Positions 51,056 to 63,830 of a DNA stretch of 64,000 nucleotides are shown here, in pieces. Where the stretch lies: positions 17,918,001-17,982,000 of the forward strand of contig NC_043017.1 in NCBI RefSeq assembly GCF_006345805.1, read 5' to 3'. Both the position numbers and the translations under genes were made by a program. This DNA comes from Octopus sinensis (lineage: Eukaryota). Under the pieces are notes generated by a model. The model saw only the letters and a list, made by a program, of their open reading frames with translations. It did no database searches and was not told the origin of the DNA. Each line of letters starts with the position of its first letter. The first letter of the stretch is position 1.

Positions 51056-51659
51056 ATATGTATATATCAGATAAGTTACATATACAATCCTTATTCGCAT
51101 GTGTATGCACTCATACATGTTCATTTATATGCTCATCTGCATGTATCATCGCCCCTACATATGCAGGTATATATACCTCGCATGTGTACGTATGTTTACA
51201 TATACCCACATGCATGCATATACGCATACTCTCACTCATACATATATATGGGTGTGTGCACATACGAATATAATCAGATGGTTGTATATGTGAGAAACTA
51301 GATAGGGATTATGAGTTAGAGTGTAAATTTATAGGTTATTGGGATTACCTAAGGAGTATTATGGAAATGCACTGTATGGTCATTCTGGCATTTGGATTTG
51401 TGGTAGAATTTAAATGTGTGATAAAAGCGGTGGTTGCATGTGCTTAGTGCCTCATTATGTTTATTAAGCAGTGTTGTCCAACCCATGCAAGCATGGAAAG
51501 CAGACGCTAAATGATGATGATGATGTTGAAGAGTTTTGCTTTAATATTTGGAGTGCCTCCTTCAGGCAAAGCTTGCAGATTGAGCATTGACCTCGGTAGG
51601 GAAGTCCTGAGTCCAGTATGGACCATGATAGAGTATAGGTATATTTGAATAGAGAAAAA

Positions 51660-53010
51660 TTATGTGTAAAAAATTATATGAGCAATAAAACTATAATCAA
51701 TATCTCTATAAATATGTAAAAAAAAATATAAAAAATATACAAGAAATATATGTAAAAGTATAGAGAGATAAAAAGCTTGTATGTGGACACAATATAGAAA
51801 GCAAGTCCTATCTGTAATCTCGGGGGACCAAAAACATAACAAATATCCAGCCACGTGTGAACATGATCCCAAAATTTCAGTTCTTGAATTTAGACATGTG
51901 GCGGGGTCTAAGCTGCTTTTCCAGATGAGCCATCTTTCCCTATCACAATGACTGCACTTTCCACTGCCATTGGTGTAGGGCTTACACTTGGCTAAGATCT
52001 TCCAATGGATGTTGTAACTGACACCTTTATCTTTTAAGGACCATATATGACTGGATAATTTGGTCATTTTCCTTTTATCCCAGTACCTGAAGATCAAGGT
52101 GTGATTATTGAACCTGGCCTTGAAATTACCCTCTGTAAGGCCCACGTATTTCTTCATAGAAACTGTGTCCTTAGTGGATATAGAGTCCACGGTGGCTTTA
52201 TAAACGGTGATCTCGGACATGCAAGCTCCATTTAGCGGGCACAAATTTTTAACCCTGTATGAACAGCTGGTTTCATTTTGTGGTTTTTGTGTGTTGCGTG
52301 CGATTATATTTTTAAAATTATTAGTTGAGCTGAAACTGATTTTGAAGTTATGTCTATTGAAGAGCTTTTGTAAGTATGGTTGACTGGAAAGTGTCTATCT
52401 ATCAGTGCTAAGACATACTTGCCTATATTAAAGGTCACTTCAGGTGAGTAGGGGGGGGTGAACCAGATAGTTTTCCTATTCCTATGTTTCTTTTTCTTTA
52501 TTATTGGACTGATGGCAGGTGTATAGGTTATTTCCTCACTAAATCCACTATCTTTTAGAGCCTTATTATATACTGGGGCAATGCTATTAAAAATGTCCCT
52601 ATCGGAGGAGAGGCTAGAAATTTTTTTGCTAATGTTTTTAACTAAATTTTTAAACACTATGGGGGGATGACAGGAACCCACATTAATACAACTAAGTCTA
52701 TGATTGAGCTTCCTATAAGGTTTATAAATATTCTTATTTAGATCTAAGGATACATCTAGGAAACTGACAACCATCAGGTTGGTGTCTGTAGTTATGCTAA
52801 GACTGAAAGTTTTCATCAAATGGATAATGTCCTTCCTAAAACAATCCTGTGCTGGTCCATTGGTATTAGCAGTTAAGGCTAGGGCATCATCTTTGTAAAT
52901 GGCAAAGTATACATCAGGAAAAGTTTTGCCTAACATATCAAGTAGGAATAGTCCAGTAAGATTGCATATACCTGCTCTATCATATGACCCCATGATCACA
53001 TCGAAAGCAT
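51660..53010 (-). mobile_element. Penelope-like element: RT C-terminal half plus GIY-YIG endonuclease, decayed
   Basis: FDVIMGSYDRAGIC...IYKDD...FLDVSL...YINVGSCHPP; KKYVGLTEGNFKARFNNH...LSSHIW...CSHCDRE...LNSRTE. Confidence 0.9.
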
Positions 53011-56000
53011 ACACTGCACAGACATATAGGCAGAATAGTTGGTGGAGGTTTGTTTTCCATAGGTTCACAAACGAGATCTGAGCCCAGCAAAAGAAAGGCA
53101 TGGTCTGTCACAGACTGTGCACACAAAAAGTTCATTGTCATTCACCTTCTCAATCATAACATTCTTCCTTAGATCTCTTTTGAGTCTTACATGCATTATC
53201 CTAGCCTCTTCAAATGCTTTCACTCCACTCCACTCCACACTTCAATCCAAAGCAAGAGTTTCTATGTCTTCTGGATCTATTCCAAGTGACTTCATAGTAG
53301 TCCTTATGCCATCCTTAAGCCTTTTTTTAGGTTTACACGATAGTGTTTTCCCTCAACAGGTTCATCATAAAACAGCTGTTTCAGCATGCATTTATCTGCC
53401 ATTCAAACAATATGGTCAGACCATCTCATTTGGTTCCTTAAAATCATAGCTTTAACTGAGGTGATGCCTGAAGATGCAAGGACATCTGTGTTTGGAGTAA
53501 AAGAACTCCATTTAATATGTAAAATGCGATGAAGGCATTTTTGGTGGAATTGTTCTAACAATTTAAAATGCCTTTCATAACATATCTATGTTTCACAAGA
53601 ATACAACAGGGATAGTAAGACAAATGATTTGGAAAGAGCCAGCTTTGTATTCTTATTTATGTCACTGGCACCAGACGTGTGACTCCAAGCCACCAAATGC
53701 TTTTGCTGTTCTTTGAATTCACAGATGAACTTCTGTATCAAGATTTCCATCATTTTGTACAGAGCTTCCAAGGTGGATGAATGAATTGACAACCTTAAGT
53801 AGCTTACCCTTAACAAAAATTTTAGGGGGTTTACAAACAGCACCACACGCAGGTTAATGCATTACAACTGTTTTTTTAAGTTGATGGTCAAGCCAAAATC
53901 ATCACAGGCTGAGTCAAATGCAGATACAAGAGATTGCCGACCTGTTTCAGAATGACTGACAAGATCATAATCGTCAGTAAATAAAAGCTCCCTAATAAGT
54001 AAAGTAAAAACCTTCATTTTGAATTTCAGTCTGGTCAGATTAAAAACATTCCCTGTTGTTTGATATTTTATGTGAATACCCTCCTCAGAGTTTTGAAAAG
54101 CATGTGACAACACAACAGCAAAGTATATTGCAAAGAGGTTGGGTGCATCAAGGTCTCCTTGCTTTACTCCATTTTTCACAGCAAAAGATTCAGAGAACCT
54201 ACAACCAAAGTTAACTGTAGTTTTGAAATCTTGATGCAGAGCCTTGATCATGTTTACAAATTTTTCTAGGCAACCTATTTTCCTTAGAATTAGCCACAGA
54301 GCATTTCGATTAACAGTATTGAACGCTTTGCTCAAATCAACAAAGCAATGGTATAGAGCAAGATACTGTTCAATGCACTTTTCTTGTAATTGTCTGCAGC
54401 TGTGCCCCTGGAGGCACGAAAACCACACTGAGACTCAGACACCATATTTGGAACTTCCTCAGATGTCTTAAAGATGGCTGTTTTCTGGTTCTCCCACAAG
54501 ATGTCTGGGGTGGTGTCATCAGTGCAAGGGGATTCATCTAGCTTTTGCTGCAGGTCTGCTTGGAACTTGACTTTCACTTCCTCCCGGCACAGGCTGCCGA
54601 CGTTGAGTTTCTTTACAGGGTTACCTTTCTTCTTGGGTTTGGATTTGAGCTGCAGTTTGAGCTTGCAGTGGACAAGGCGATGGTCAGTGTGGCACTCTGC
54701 ACTGGGCATCACTCTTGTGTGTAGCACGTCTTCCAGGTCCCGCTGGCGTACAAGCACATAGTCAAGTAGATGCCAATGTTTGGACCAAGGATGCATCCAA
54801 GTTGTTTTCAGATGGTCTTTCTGTTGGAAGATTGTGTTGGTAATAGCAAGTTGGTGCTCTGTGCAGAACTCGAGCAGGAGGCGACCGTTGTCATTACAGC
54901 TACCAATGCCGTGTCTTCCAAGGACTCCTTTCCAAGCCTCAGAGTTCCTCCCAACTCTTGCGTTGAAGTCACCAAGGATCAGGACCTTGTCATTTGCAGG
55001 GGTGTTGTTCAAGAGTCTGTGCAGAGCAGAATAGAAGTTGCCTTTGTCTGCAGAATCTGCCAGAAGAGTTAGAGCATAAACACTGAAGAGTGTGAGATGT
55101 TGTTTGCTCTCCAGTGGTAGGCGCATGGATATGATGCAGTCCGAGTGGCCCGTGGGTAACATTTCCAGTTTGGAGGTGATGGAATTCCTCACCATGAGTC
55201 CTACACCCGACAGGCATCTTCCAGATGATGGTTTCCCAGACCAGAAGAGGGTGTAGCCAGCGCCGCATTCTCTGACTGCCCTCGTCAGCAAAGTGGACCT
55301 CGCTGAGAGCTGCTATGTCAATGCTGAGGCGGGATAGTTCATGGGCTATGAGAGCTGAATGACGTTCTGGGTGGCTGCTGTCAGCTTTTTCAAGCATGGT
55401 CCTGACATTCCAGCAGGCAACTTTCAAGTCCTGCTTACTTTTCTTTGGTCCTGTTTCCATGTTTGTTCGACCACTCTGAAGATGCCCGTTGACCGCAGCT
55501 AACCAACTGGGTATAGAGGAGACGAGCTTTGTTTAGGTGAACCTTTTCTACCACCCCTCTCCATGTAGAGCAGACAGTGCTCTCCCTAAATAGGGCTGCC
55601 CGGTCGCTCAGGATGCTGCCAAGTAGTGTCGTTGCCTCCAGGTTGTCAACCAGGCGACCAAAGTCCTGAGCCACTACATGTAGGATCAAGACTGCGGCTT
55701 CCAGTGACATCTACCTGCCACTTTCGCCCCTTTCCCATCACTGCAGGGCTTTTGGGATGGCTGGTCATAGAACGTGGACGTGTCCTTTGGCCTGTGCTGA
55801 GGAGTTTTAAAGTGAAGTGCAGTGTGCACAAACTGGCCCCACCCTTTAAGCACGAGGTTCATCTGCCATGGCCTAGTGAGCTGGGGCGGTGACAGCGAGT
55901 TCCTCAGGTCGTAGGTTTGAAGTAGGAGTTACCCTCTCCTAGGCAGGTTTCCGACCATGGCTGATGAGCCCCTCCTGCCATGCCATCTAAACCAAGGCAA

Positions 56001-56130
56001 AAGAGGGAAAAGGATCCATGGTTTTCACTAGGCGTATACTACCCAGTTGCCTGGGCCGAAGTAGGGGGTTAGCTTAGGAGCCCACGCCCGGAACCTTTGA
56101 CTAAAAAGTCTGTTCACAAGGCAGTGGAGT
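53010..56130 (-). mobile_element. Near full-length RTE (BovB-like) LINE, decayed, abutting the PLE RT
   Basis: APE: VACWNVRT, IAALSEV, LILGDFNARVG, HLLDYVL, TDHRLV. RT: SQCGFR, FVDLSKAF, GVKQGD, LLFTDD. C-terminal C2-type motif CTVCDRPC; about 600-bp 5' UTR. Confidence 0.92.
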
Positions 56131-56599
56131 GAGATCAGGGAGTCACACCCATTGGGAGACGATGACCAGTAGACTAGTTCATACACCTTTGCTTGGTCAT
56201 TTACCAAACTGGGGTCTCAATGATCCCAAAATTCCATTTGAGCCATTGACCAAATGGTTCTTCCGCCTCTTCTGGAATACAATGCCTCAGGTGAGACAAG
56301 GGACAGTGACAATACAATATGTACATTATACATACACACACTCAGAGTTTGAAATGCAATACACAATACATACACAGACACACATGCACAAACACTCCAC
56401 ACACACATTGTTGAATGGACACTGACTACGTTGTAGTTCCACTGCCTTTTGACTGGTCTCATTTTCTGCCCCGCAGGGTGTCTAACAACCACCTGCTTCA
56501 CCAAGCAAACCTGGTGGGGTTGCCAGTTTAGTCACCAACGACCCAATCATGTAACAGGTTGTACTGAACAACATGGTACCAGTAGCACTCGAGAGCGAT

Positions 56600-56799
56600 C
56601 TGACATATATATACCTACATATACATACAAACATTCAAATACATATATATACATATATATTTAAACATTCATATACATATATATATAAACATTCCCATGC
56701 ATATATATAGACATTCATATACATACAGATATAAACATTCTCATGCATACATATATATAAACATTCAAATATATATATATAATATATATACAAACATTC

Positions 56800-56839
<40 letters not shown>

Positions 56840-57660
56840 ATATATATATATATATATATATATATACAAACATTTACATGCATATATATATATATATACA
56901 TTCATATGGTGGATGTCTACTCCTTATGCAGAGCTTGACCACCTCCTGTACCTACACCTGATAACCATCATGGCATCTGATGTGGCTTTTTAAACCAAAA
57001 ATGCTCTGAAAAGACACACACACACATATGTATATACAAACATTCATATATATATATATATACACACACACATACATATATACACATATATATATATACA
57101 TACCCACACATACATATATACACACATATATATATATACACACACACACATATATATATATACAAACATTCACATATATATATATATATATATATATATT
57201 CATATATATATATATGTATACAAACATTCACATATATATACATATAAATATACAAGCATTCACATACATATATATATATACAAACATTTACATTTTTCTG
57301 TTATTTTGTTTCAGTCATTTGACTGCAGCCATGCTGGAGCACTGCCTTTACTCAAGCAAATCAACCCCAGGACTTATTCTTTTTAGGCCTTGTACTTATT
57401 CTTTCGGTCTCTCTTGCTGAACAGCTAGGTTACGGGGAGGTAAACACACCAGCATAGCTTGTCAAGTGATGTTGGGGGGACAAACACAGACACAAATACA
57501 TATACATACATATATATATATATATAATATAGATATAGATATAGATATAGATATATATACATACATTCACATACATACATATACATACATTCACATACAT
57601 ACATATATATATATATATACATATATTTACATACATATATATATATACTTACATTCACAA

Positions 57661-57691
<31 letters not shown>

Positions 57692-57976
57692 CATATATTT
57701 ACATACATATATATATATACATATATTTACATACATATATATATACATACATTCACATACATAAATATACATACATACATTCACATACACATATATATAT
57801 ACATACATATATTTACATACATACATATATATATATATACATACATTTACACACACACACACACATATATATATAATGATAAATATACGTATATAGAAAT
57901 GCAATGTATATTAATAGAAAAGAAGTATATCTATGTATCTATCTTTATCCACCCAACTCTCTCTCTCCATATATAT

Positions 57977-58025
<49 letters not shown>

Positions 58026-58200
58026 ATATATATATATATAGTCAAAATGAGGGTGAGACTTATGCGGATCTCTTTTTAGCGTAAGGGTTTCCACATAGTT
58101 GTTCCCTCTCATATTTATGTGTGTATATATATTATATATATATATATATATTTATATATAAACATATATATATAATTATACACATATACACACATGTACA
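56600..58200. repeat. Compound (TA)n/(CATA)n/(CA)n microsatellite field
   Basis: Low-complexity sequence; explains the Y/I/H/T-rich pseudo-ORFs. Confidence 0.95.
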
Positions 58201-58703
58201 TTTCTATAGAACAATAGGTATGTTGGGAGAGGTTTTAAAACTAAAGAATTAGTAAAGAATTGAGAAAAATGTTTAAAATTCAAGAATATTTTAGAACAGA
58301 AACAGTAATTACCTTCTTTCATTGTTTTTGTCTGGGTGACCACCACCACCGCCACCAGCACTGCCATCACAACAACAACAACAACAATAGGTAAGAAATA
58401 CTAAGATGTCAGCCAGTGGGTCTAGTTGTAAATTAAAAAATATTTGTCTTCCATTGTCCTGCTACAGGTAAATAATTCTGTTCTGGTCCTCTGTCCAGTC
58501 AATCCAACTCAAACCATGCAACTGTTGTGTTACAACAATTATCGAGCTTTCTCTTATTTTCTACAGGTAAACTAGTTTCTCTCTCTCTCTCTTTCTCTCT
58601 GCTTCCCTCCCCTTCTCTTCACTTATTCTCTTTCTTTCCCTCCCCTCTCTACAGTCTACCAGTCATACATTTTTCTCTTTGTATCTAAAACGTCTGTCTA
58701 GTA

Positions 58704-58734
<31 letters not shown>

Positions 58735-58779
58735 CGCTCTGCCTTTTACTTACCTCTACAATTACTCCTCATTCTCTCG

Positions 58780-59380
58780 TTTTACCTACCTATCTATCTG
58801 TCTTTCTGTTTGTCTATCTATCTATCTGTGTGTGTGTCTGTCTGTCTATCTATCTATCTATCTATTTGTCTATCATCTATCTATCTGTCTATCTATCTAT
58901 CTATCTGTCTATCTATCTATCCATCTATCTATCTGTCTATCTATCTATCTATCTTTCTATCTATCTATCTATCTATCTATCCATCTGTCTGTCTATCTAT
59001 CTGTCTGTCTATCTATTTATCTATCTATCTATTTGTCTATCATCTATCTATCTGTCTATCATCTATCTATCTATCTATCTATCTGTCTATCTATCTATCT
59101 GTCTATCTATCTATCCATTTATCTATCTATCTATCTATCTATCTGTCTATCTATCTATCTGTCTATCTATCTATCCATTTATCTATCTATCTATCTATCT
59201 ATCTGTGTATCTATCTATCTGTCTGTCTATCTATCTATCTATCTATCTGTCTGTCTATCTATCTATCTGCCTGTCTGTCTATCTATCTATCTATCTTTCT
59301 ATCTATCTATTTGTCTATCATCTATCTATCTGTCTATCTATCTATCTATTTATCTATCTTTCTATCTATCCATTCATCTA
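58780..59380. repeat. (CTAT)n/(CTGT)n tetranucleotide microsatellite
   Basis: About 600 bp of tetramer; explains the LSIY-repeat ORFs. Confidence 0.97.
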
Positions 59381-59381
59381 C

Positions 59382-59412
<31 letters not shown>

Positions 59413-59881
59413 CGTTTATATATTTATATATATATATGCACACACATAGTATCTATCTATCTATTATCTATCAATACACACACACACCACTTTACATCTT
59501 TACATGCCTCCACCCACTCAATTTCACTCTCTTTCTTTTGCTCCATATCTCTGAATGTCTATTTTTCTCCACCTAATTCTCTCATTAACTTTGTTTAGTT
59601 CTCCGTTCATGGGAATTCCATGTGTGTGTGTGTGTGTGTGTGCATCACTATTTTTTCCTATCAATCTATATATATCAATCCATTCTCTCACAGTAATCTA
59701 TCTCTCTCTCTTTATATATATATATATATATACAAAGAGCAATAAAGATTCAAGTTAATTTAAAAAATTTACTTGAATATGGTACCTAACTTAGATGCAC
59801 CAAAAAAAAACTATACTGATTTAACAATACAGTAATGTGGGGTGATTATAAGCGAGAAAGAAGCAACAAGAATGGATAGGT

Positions 59882-59972
59882 TTTTAGTACGATCGTTTCA
59901 TACAAGGACAGGTTTTATTAAAAGTTGCAAAGATTACAGCATATAAACGAGTCCCGTACTCATCAGCTAAAA
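59882..59972 (-). ncRNA. Hammerhead ribozyme, identical copy on the minus strand
   Basis: Mirror of 60104-60194 in the left arm of the palindrome. Confidence 0.82.
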
Positions 59973-60103
59973 TACATGTAAGTTCTCTAGACATCCTAGT
60001 GTTTGAGGCTATACTCATGAACTAATGTAGATAATTAAACAGATTTCTAAAGTTCATTAAAGTATAGCCTCAAACACTAGGATGTCTAGAGAACTTACAT
60101 GTA

Positions 60104-60194
60104 TTTTAGCTGATGAGTACGGGACTCGTTTATATGCTGTAATCTTTGCAACTTTTAATAAAACCTGTCCTTGTATGAAACGATCGTACTAAAA
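60104..60194 (+). ncRNA. Hammerhead ribozyme fold with intact core and extended stem II
   Basis: TTTTAG CTGATGA GTAC GGGAC(41 nt)GTCCT T GTAT GAAA C GATC G TA CTAAAA; GUA triplet; predicted cleavage after 60188. Confidence 0.82.
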
Positions 60195-62282
60195 ACCTAT
60201 CCATTCTTGTTGCTTCTTTCTCGCGTATATATATATATATATAAATATATATACACACACACACATAAAGCTAGCTAATGCGTCATACATACATCAAAAG
60301 TGCTTGTGTGTTTATGTGGTTGTTCTTGTTTAAATTGAGGACAACCCTAACTGTGCAAACCTGTAATCAAATGCATTCTACCTGTGGTCATTCCTTCTTC
60401 TGCAGGGGATGCAGTGTATCAGCGACTGTAGTATCCAATAGGTCCTTCCTTTTATTTCGAAGACTATAAGATGTAATTTTGCAAGTGATTCAACTGTTAT
60501 TTCTGACAGATCGAGCACCTACACAGTGTTTCATTGCTGACTCTTCCATAAGATGTATCTAGTTCATTGCTGATGTTGTTGTTGTTGTTGTCGTTTAACA
60601 CCAGGTTCCACTGACGGAACACCTTTATCCTTGACCTGTGAACTTTTTCCCTCTTAGTTTATTATTTTCACTGCTATTTTCCCATCATCTTTACCTTTCT
60701 CGTTGTCCAAGGCCATTCCTTCTCATTAATTCTCTTTGTCCTACACAAATTGTTGTAATAACAATATAAAAATATCAAAATATATTCCCACCACTGAACA
60801 GAAAAATACAAGCTGTCAATTAATAAAACTGAAAGCGGTAGGCTAAAAGACTGCTGAACAATACAATAAAACAGTTATCGAAGTTTTCTTCATTTCTTTT
60901 TTGGGGACTTTTTTCTTGAATTATTTGTTGGCCGTTGCCAGCCTCGTCTGGCCTTCATGCCGGTGGCTCGTAAAAAGCACCATCCGATCGTGGCTGTTGC
61001 CAGCCTCGTCTGGCACGTAAAAAGCACCCACTACACTCACGGAGTGGTTGGTGTTAGGAAGGGCATCCAGCTGTAGAAACATTGCCAGATCAGACTGGGC
61101 CTGGTGCAGCCTTCTGGCTTCCTAAATCCCAGTTGAACCGTCCACCCTATGCTAGCATGGAAAGTGGACGTTAAACGATGATGATGATGATGATGATTTG
61201 TTATAATTATTTCACCCGAAAAATTCCTTTTTTTGTCATGGAGGAAGCTCCAAGTGGTCAGTCTCCTTTAAATTATAGCCTATTGGCTTTTAAAGTATGG
61301 AACATTAGATATACTTGGAAAAAAAAAAGACAGAATAATCACACCTGGATTATCTTTGATCATAGGCCAGACCAAGTACTTGCAACACAATGATCACCAA
61401 CAATTTGACATTATATATTCACATAGATTGTAAACACATACACTTACACATTAACTAGACTGTGCCATTATAACAGCATACATAAATGTGTTATACACAC
61501 CCACAGGTACACAAACAGTGGTCAGAATAACCAAGTAAACATGCACACACACATAACAACAACAAACATATAGATACTACTAACCAACATGACCAGTAAC
61601 ATACATACATATATAAATCTAAATAGTGGTTAAATAGCCTCATTAACCCTTTCATTACCAACCTGGCTGAAACCGGCTCTGGCTCTGAATACAAATGTCT
61701 TATTTTCATAAATTTTGAATTAAAATCTTCCACCAAACCTTAGTCACAATTTATGTTCCTAACGCTAGCTGAATGATAACTAAGTTATTTTACTAAATTC
61801 TTTGTTATATTTAAAGTAATTGAAAGAAATATAGAGCAGCTCAAAATAAATACAGTAACAAAAGGGTTAAGGGATTAAAAAATACCCAATGAATTACTGG
61901 TTTGTTGCCTATTATTTTTTTGTGAATAGTAATAATATTCATAAAAGTAATAGGTTTAAGTATAAATCTTGGTTTATAAATTTTCAAATTAAAATTCAGA
62001 ATTAATATAATTTATTAACTGCAAAAATTCAACATGTTCTCTTACAGCTGTTTTGATTTTACCCAAAGAATTAAATTCTAATAATTAAAACATGTTTTGG
62101 GGCAAAATCTCAGAGTCTGTTGAGATGTTTTGGAAGAATAACATCTAATAACCCAGTGGTATGTCTTTTCTACTCCTCTGATGAGATTTTGCCCCCAAAA
62201 CCTATATATATCCTATATACAAAATACAAAATGGCTGACTGTTAGTAAGGAAAGACACACAAATAAGAAAGAAGAAAGCAAA

Positions 62283-62327
62283 GGACCACTGATGAGGTCA
62301 CAGGAGTGTGACGAAAGAACTCTGGCC
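62283..62327 (+). ncRNA. Minimal hammerhead ribozyme fold, partly degenerate
   Basis: GGACCA CTGATGA G GTCACA GGAG TGTGAC GAAA G AA C TC TGGCC: 6-bp stem II, CUC triplet, loop 3 only 2 nt. Confidence 0.6.
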
Positions 62328-62917
62328 GAAATAAGATTAAGATTAATGTAAAAAATGAATAACGCTGAAGCAAAGCTACACCAAATGTATAGTGCGTGTG
62401 TTTTTATTGGATAAAATGGCAAAATGACCATTCCTAAATACAACAATATATATATATATATATATTGTTATGGGTTAGACAAGGGAAGCAACAAATAAAA
62501 CAAGCCTGTATGATTCAATTATGTATTGAGAAAAAATATGGCAAGACCCACATCAAAGACAGCACAAAGCTGTTATAATATATTTGAGTCCAAGGCACAA
62601 GGCCATCACAAAATATTAGAATTCAAAGCACAGAGCTGTTACAAATAGATTGATAATATCAGTCCTTGTTGGTTGAAAATTCAATGTTGGAGATACAAAG
62701 TCGTAGATTTCCTTGGTTTATTCCTTCCTCCAGTTCAACATTAACAACTATTATGCCTCAATCTCTCCTATCCTCCTTAGCAAAACCCTTGTCCTATATA
62801 TATTTTTTATTTATTAATAAAGCTGCAAAGACAGCACAAAAACTGTTACTCAGAGTTTCACATTCCTGTCTGTCAGACAGTTTTGGTTGAGAATTCCAAC
62901 CTCAACCAAAATATACT

Positions 62918-63070
62918 AGAGTAAGCACATAAATGTGAAACAAGGTGGAAGAAACAGTTCTTGAATACAGGAGGTAGAGTAGTATGCTTTATTAATAAAG
63001 CATATTACTCTACCTCTGGTATTTGAGTACTATTTTTTTCCACCTTGTTTCATATTTATGTGCTTACTCT
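62918..63070. repeat. Spacerless imperfect palindrome (about 76-bp arms)
   Basis: agagtaagcacataaatgtgaaacaaggtgg...gctttatt|aataaagc...ccaccttgtttcatatttatgtgcttactct. Confidence 0.85.
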
Positions 63071-63434
63071 GATATATATATATATATGTACACACATGCA
63101 TGCATGCATACACACACACACACACACACAAAGACAGACTGACAGGTATATATGTTATGTATGCATAAGTATGGGTGTGTATCTGTAAGCAACCATGAAC
63201 TAAACCTGGTTTGCATGTTAATCTTTTTGGAAACTCAATCGTTAATGTTTTGCTGAATAGAAACTTTCTGGAAAATGTTATTTCAATCATGTAACAATAC
63301 CTTTTTCTTAGACCAATAACCTTGTTTGTAATTTCTACTTGGATGGCCTAGGAAGATTCTTGCACTAAAATAAGTCATTGATAACTATCAGGCTCTCACA
63401 AGTCCTATACCTGCTCTCTATCTCAGTGTATATT

Positions 63435-63830
63435 ATCATCATCATCATCGTTTAGTGTCCACTTTCCATGCTAGCATGGGTTGGACGGTTCAACTGGGGT
63501 CTGTGAAGCCAGAAGGCTGCGCCAGGCCCAGTCTGATCTGGCAGTGTTTCTACGGCTGGATGCCCTTCCTAATGCCAACCACTCCGTGAGTGTAGTGGGT
63601 GCTTTTTACGTGCCACCAGCACAGGTGCCAGACGAGGTTGGCAAACGGCCACGATCAGACGGTGCTTTTACGTGCCACCAGCACGGGGGCCAGACGAAGC
63701 TGGCAACGGCCACAATCGGATGGTGCTTTTTATGTGCCACCGACATGAGGCCAGTTAGGGCGGCGCTGGCAACGGCCACATTCGGATGGTTCTCTTACGT
63801 ACCACCGGCACTGGTATCACAGCTGCAATT
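63435..63830 (-). mobile_element. Family D retroposon with internal tandem ~60-bp units
   Basis: (CAT)n tail and 3-4 copies of gcttttta.gtgccacc...ggcaacggccac.atcggatggt. Confidence 0.8.

Larger units (their letters stand above)
59852..60224. repeat. Perfect inverted repeat (164-bp arms, 45-nt spacer), PLE pseudo-LTR type
   Basis: 59852-60015 is the exact reverse complement of 60061-60224; each arm carries a hammerhead. Confidence 0.93.

Noticed and set aside
55965-56020. Plus-strand CTGATGAG...GAAA in the RTE 5' UTR as a hammerhead
   Set aside because: No U16.1/NUH triplet in register with stem I, and stem II is not adjacent to GAAA.
56635-59598. Long ORFs rich in Y/I/L/S/H (up to 262 aa)
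   Set aside because: Translations of (TA)n, (CATA)n and (CTAT)n microsatellites.
60382-60462. 81-nt minus-strand exon LRNKGRTYWILQSLIHCIPCRRRNDH
   Set aside because: Weak acceptor, no recognised homology, and phase incompatible with the open frame of the neighbouring candidate exon.
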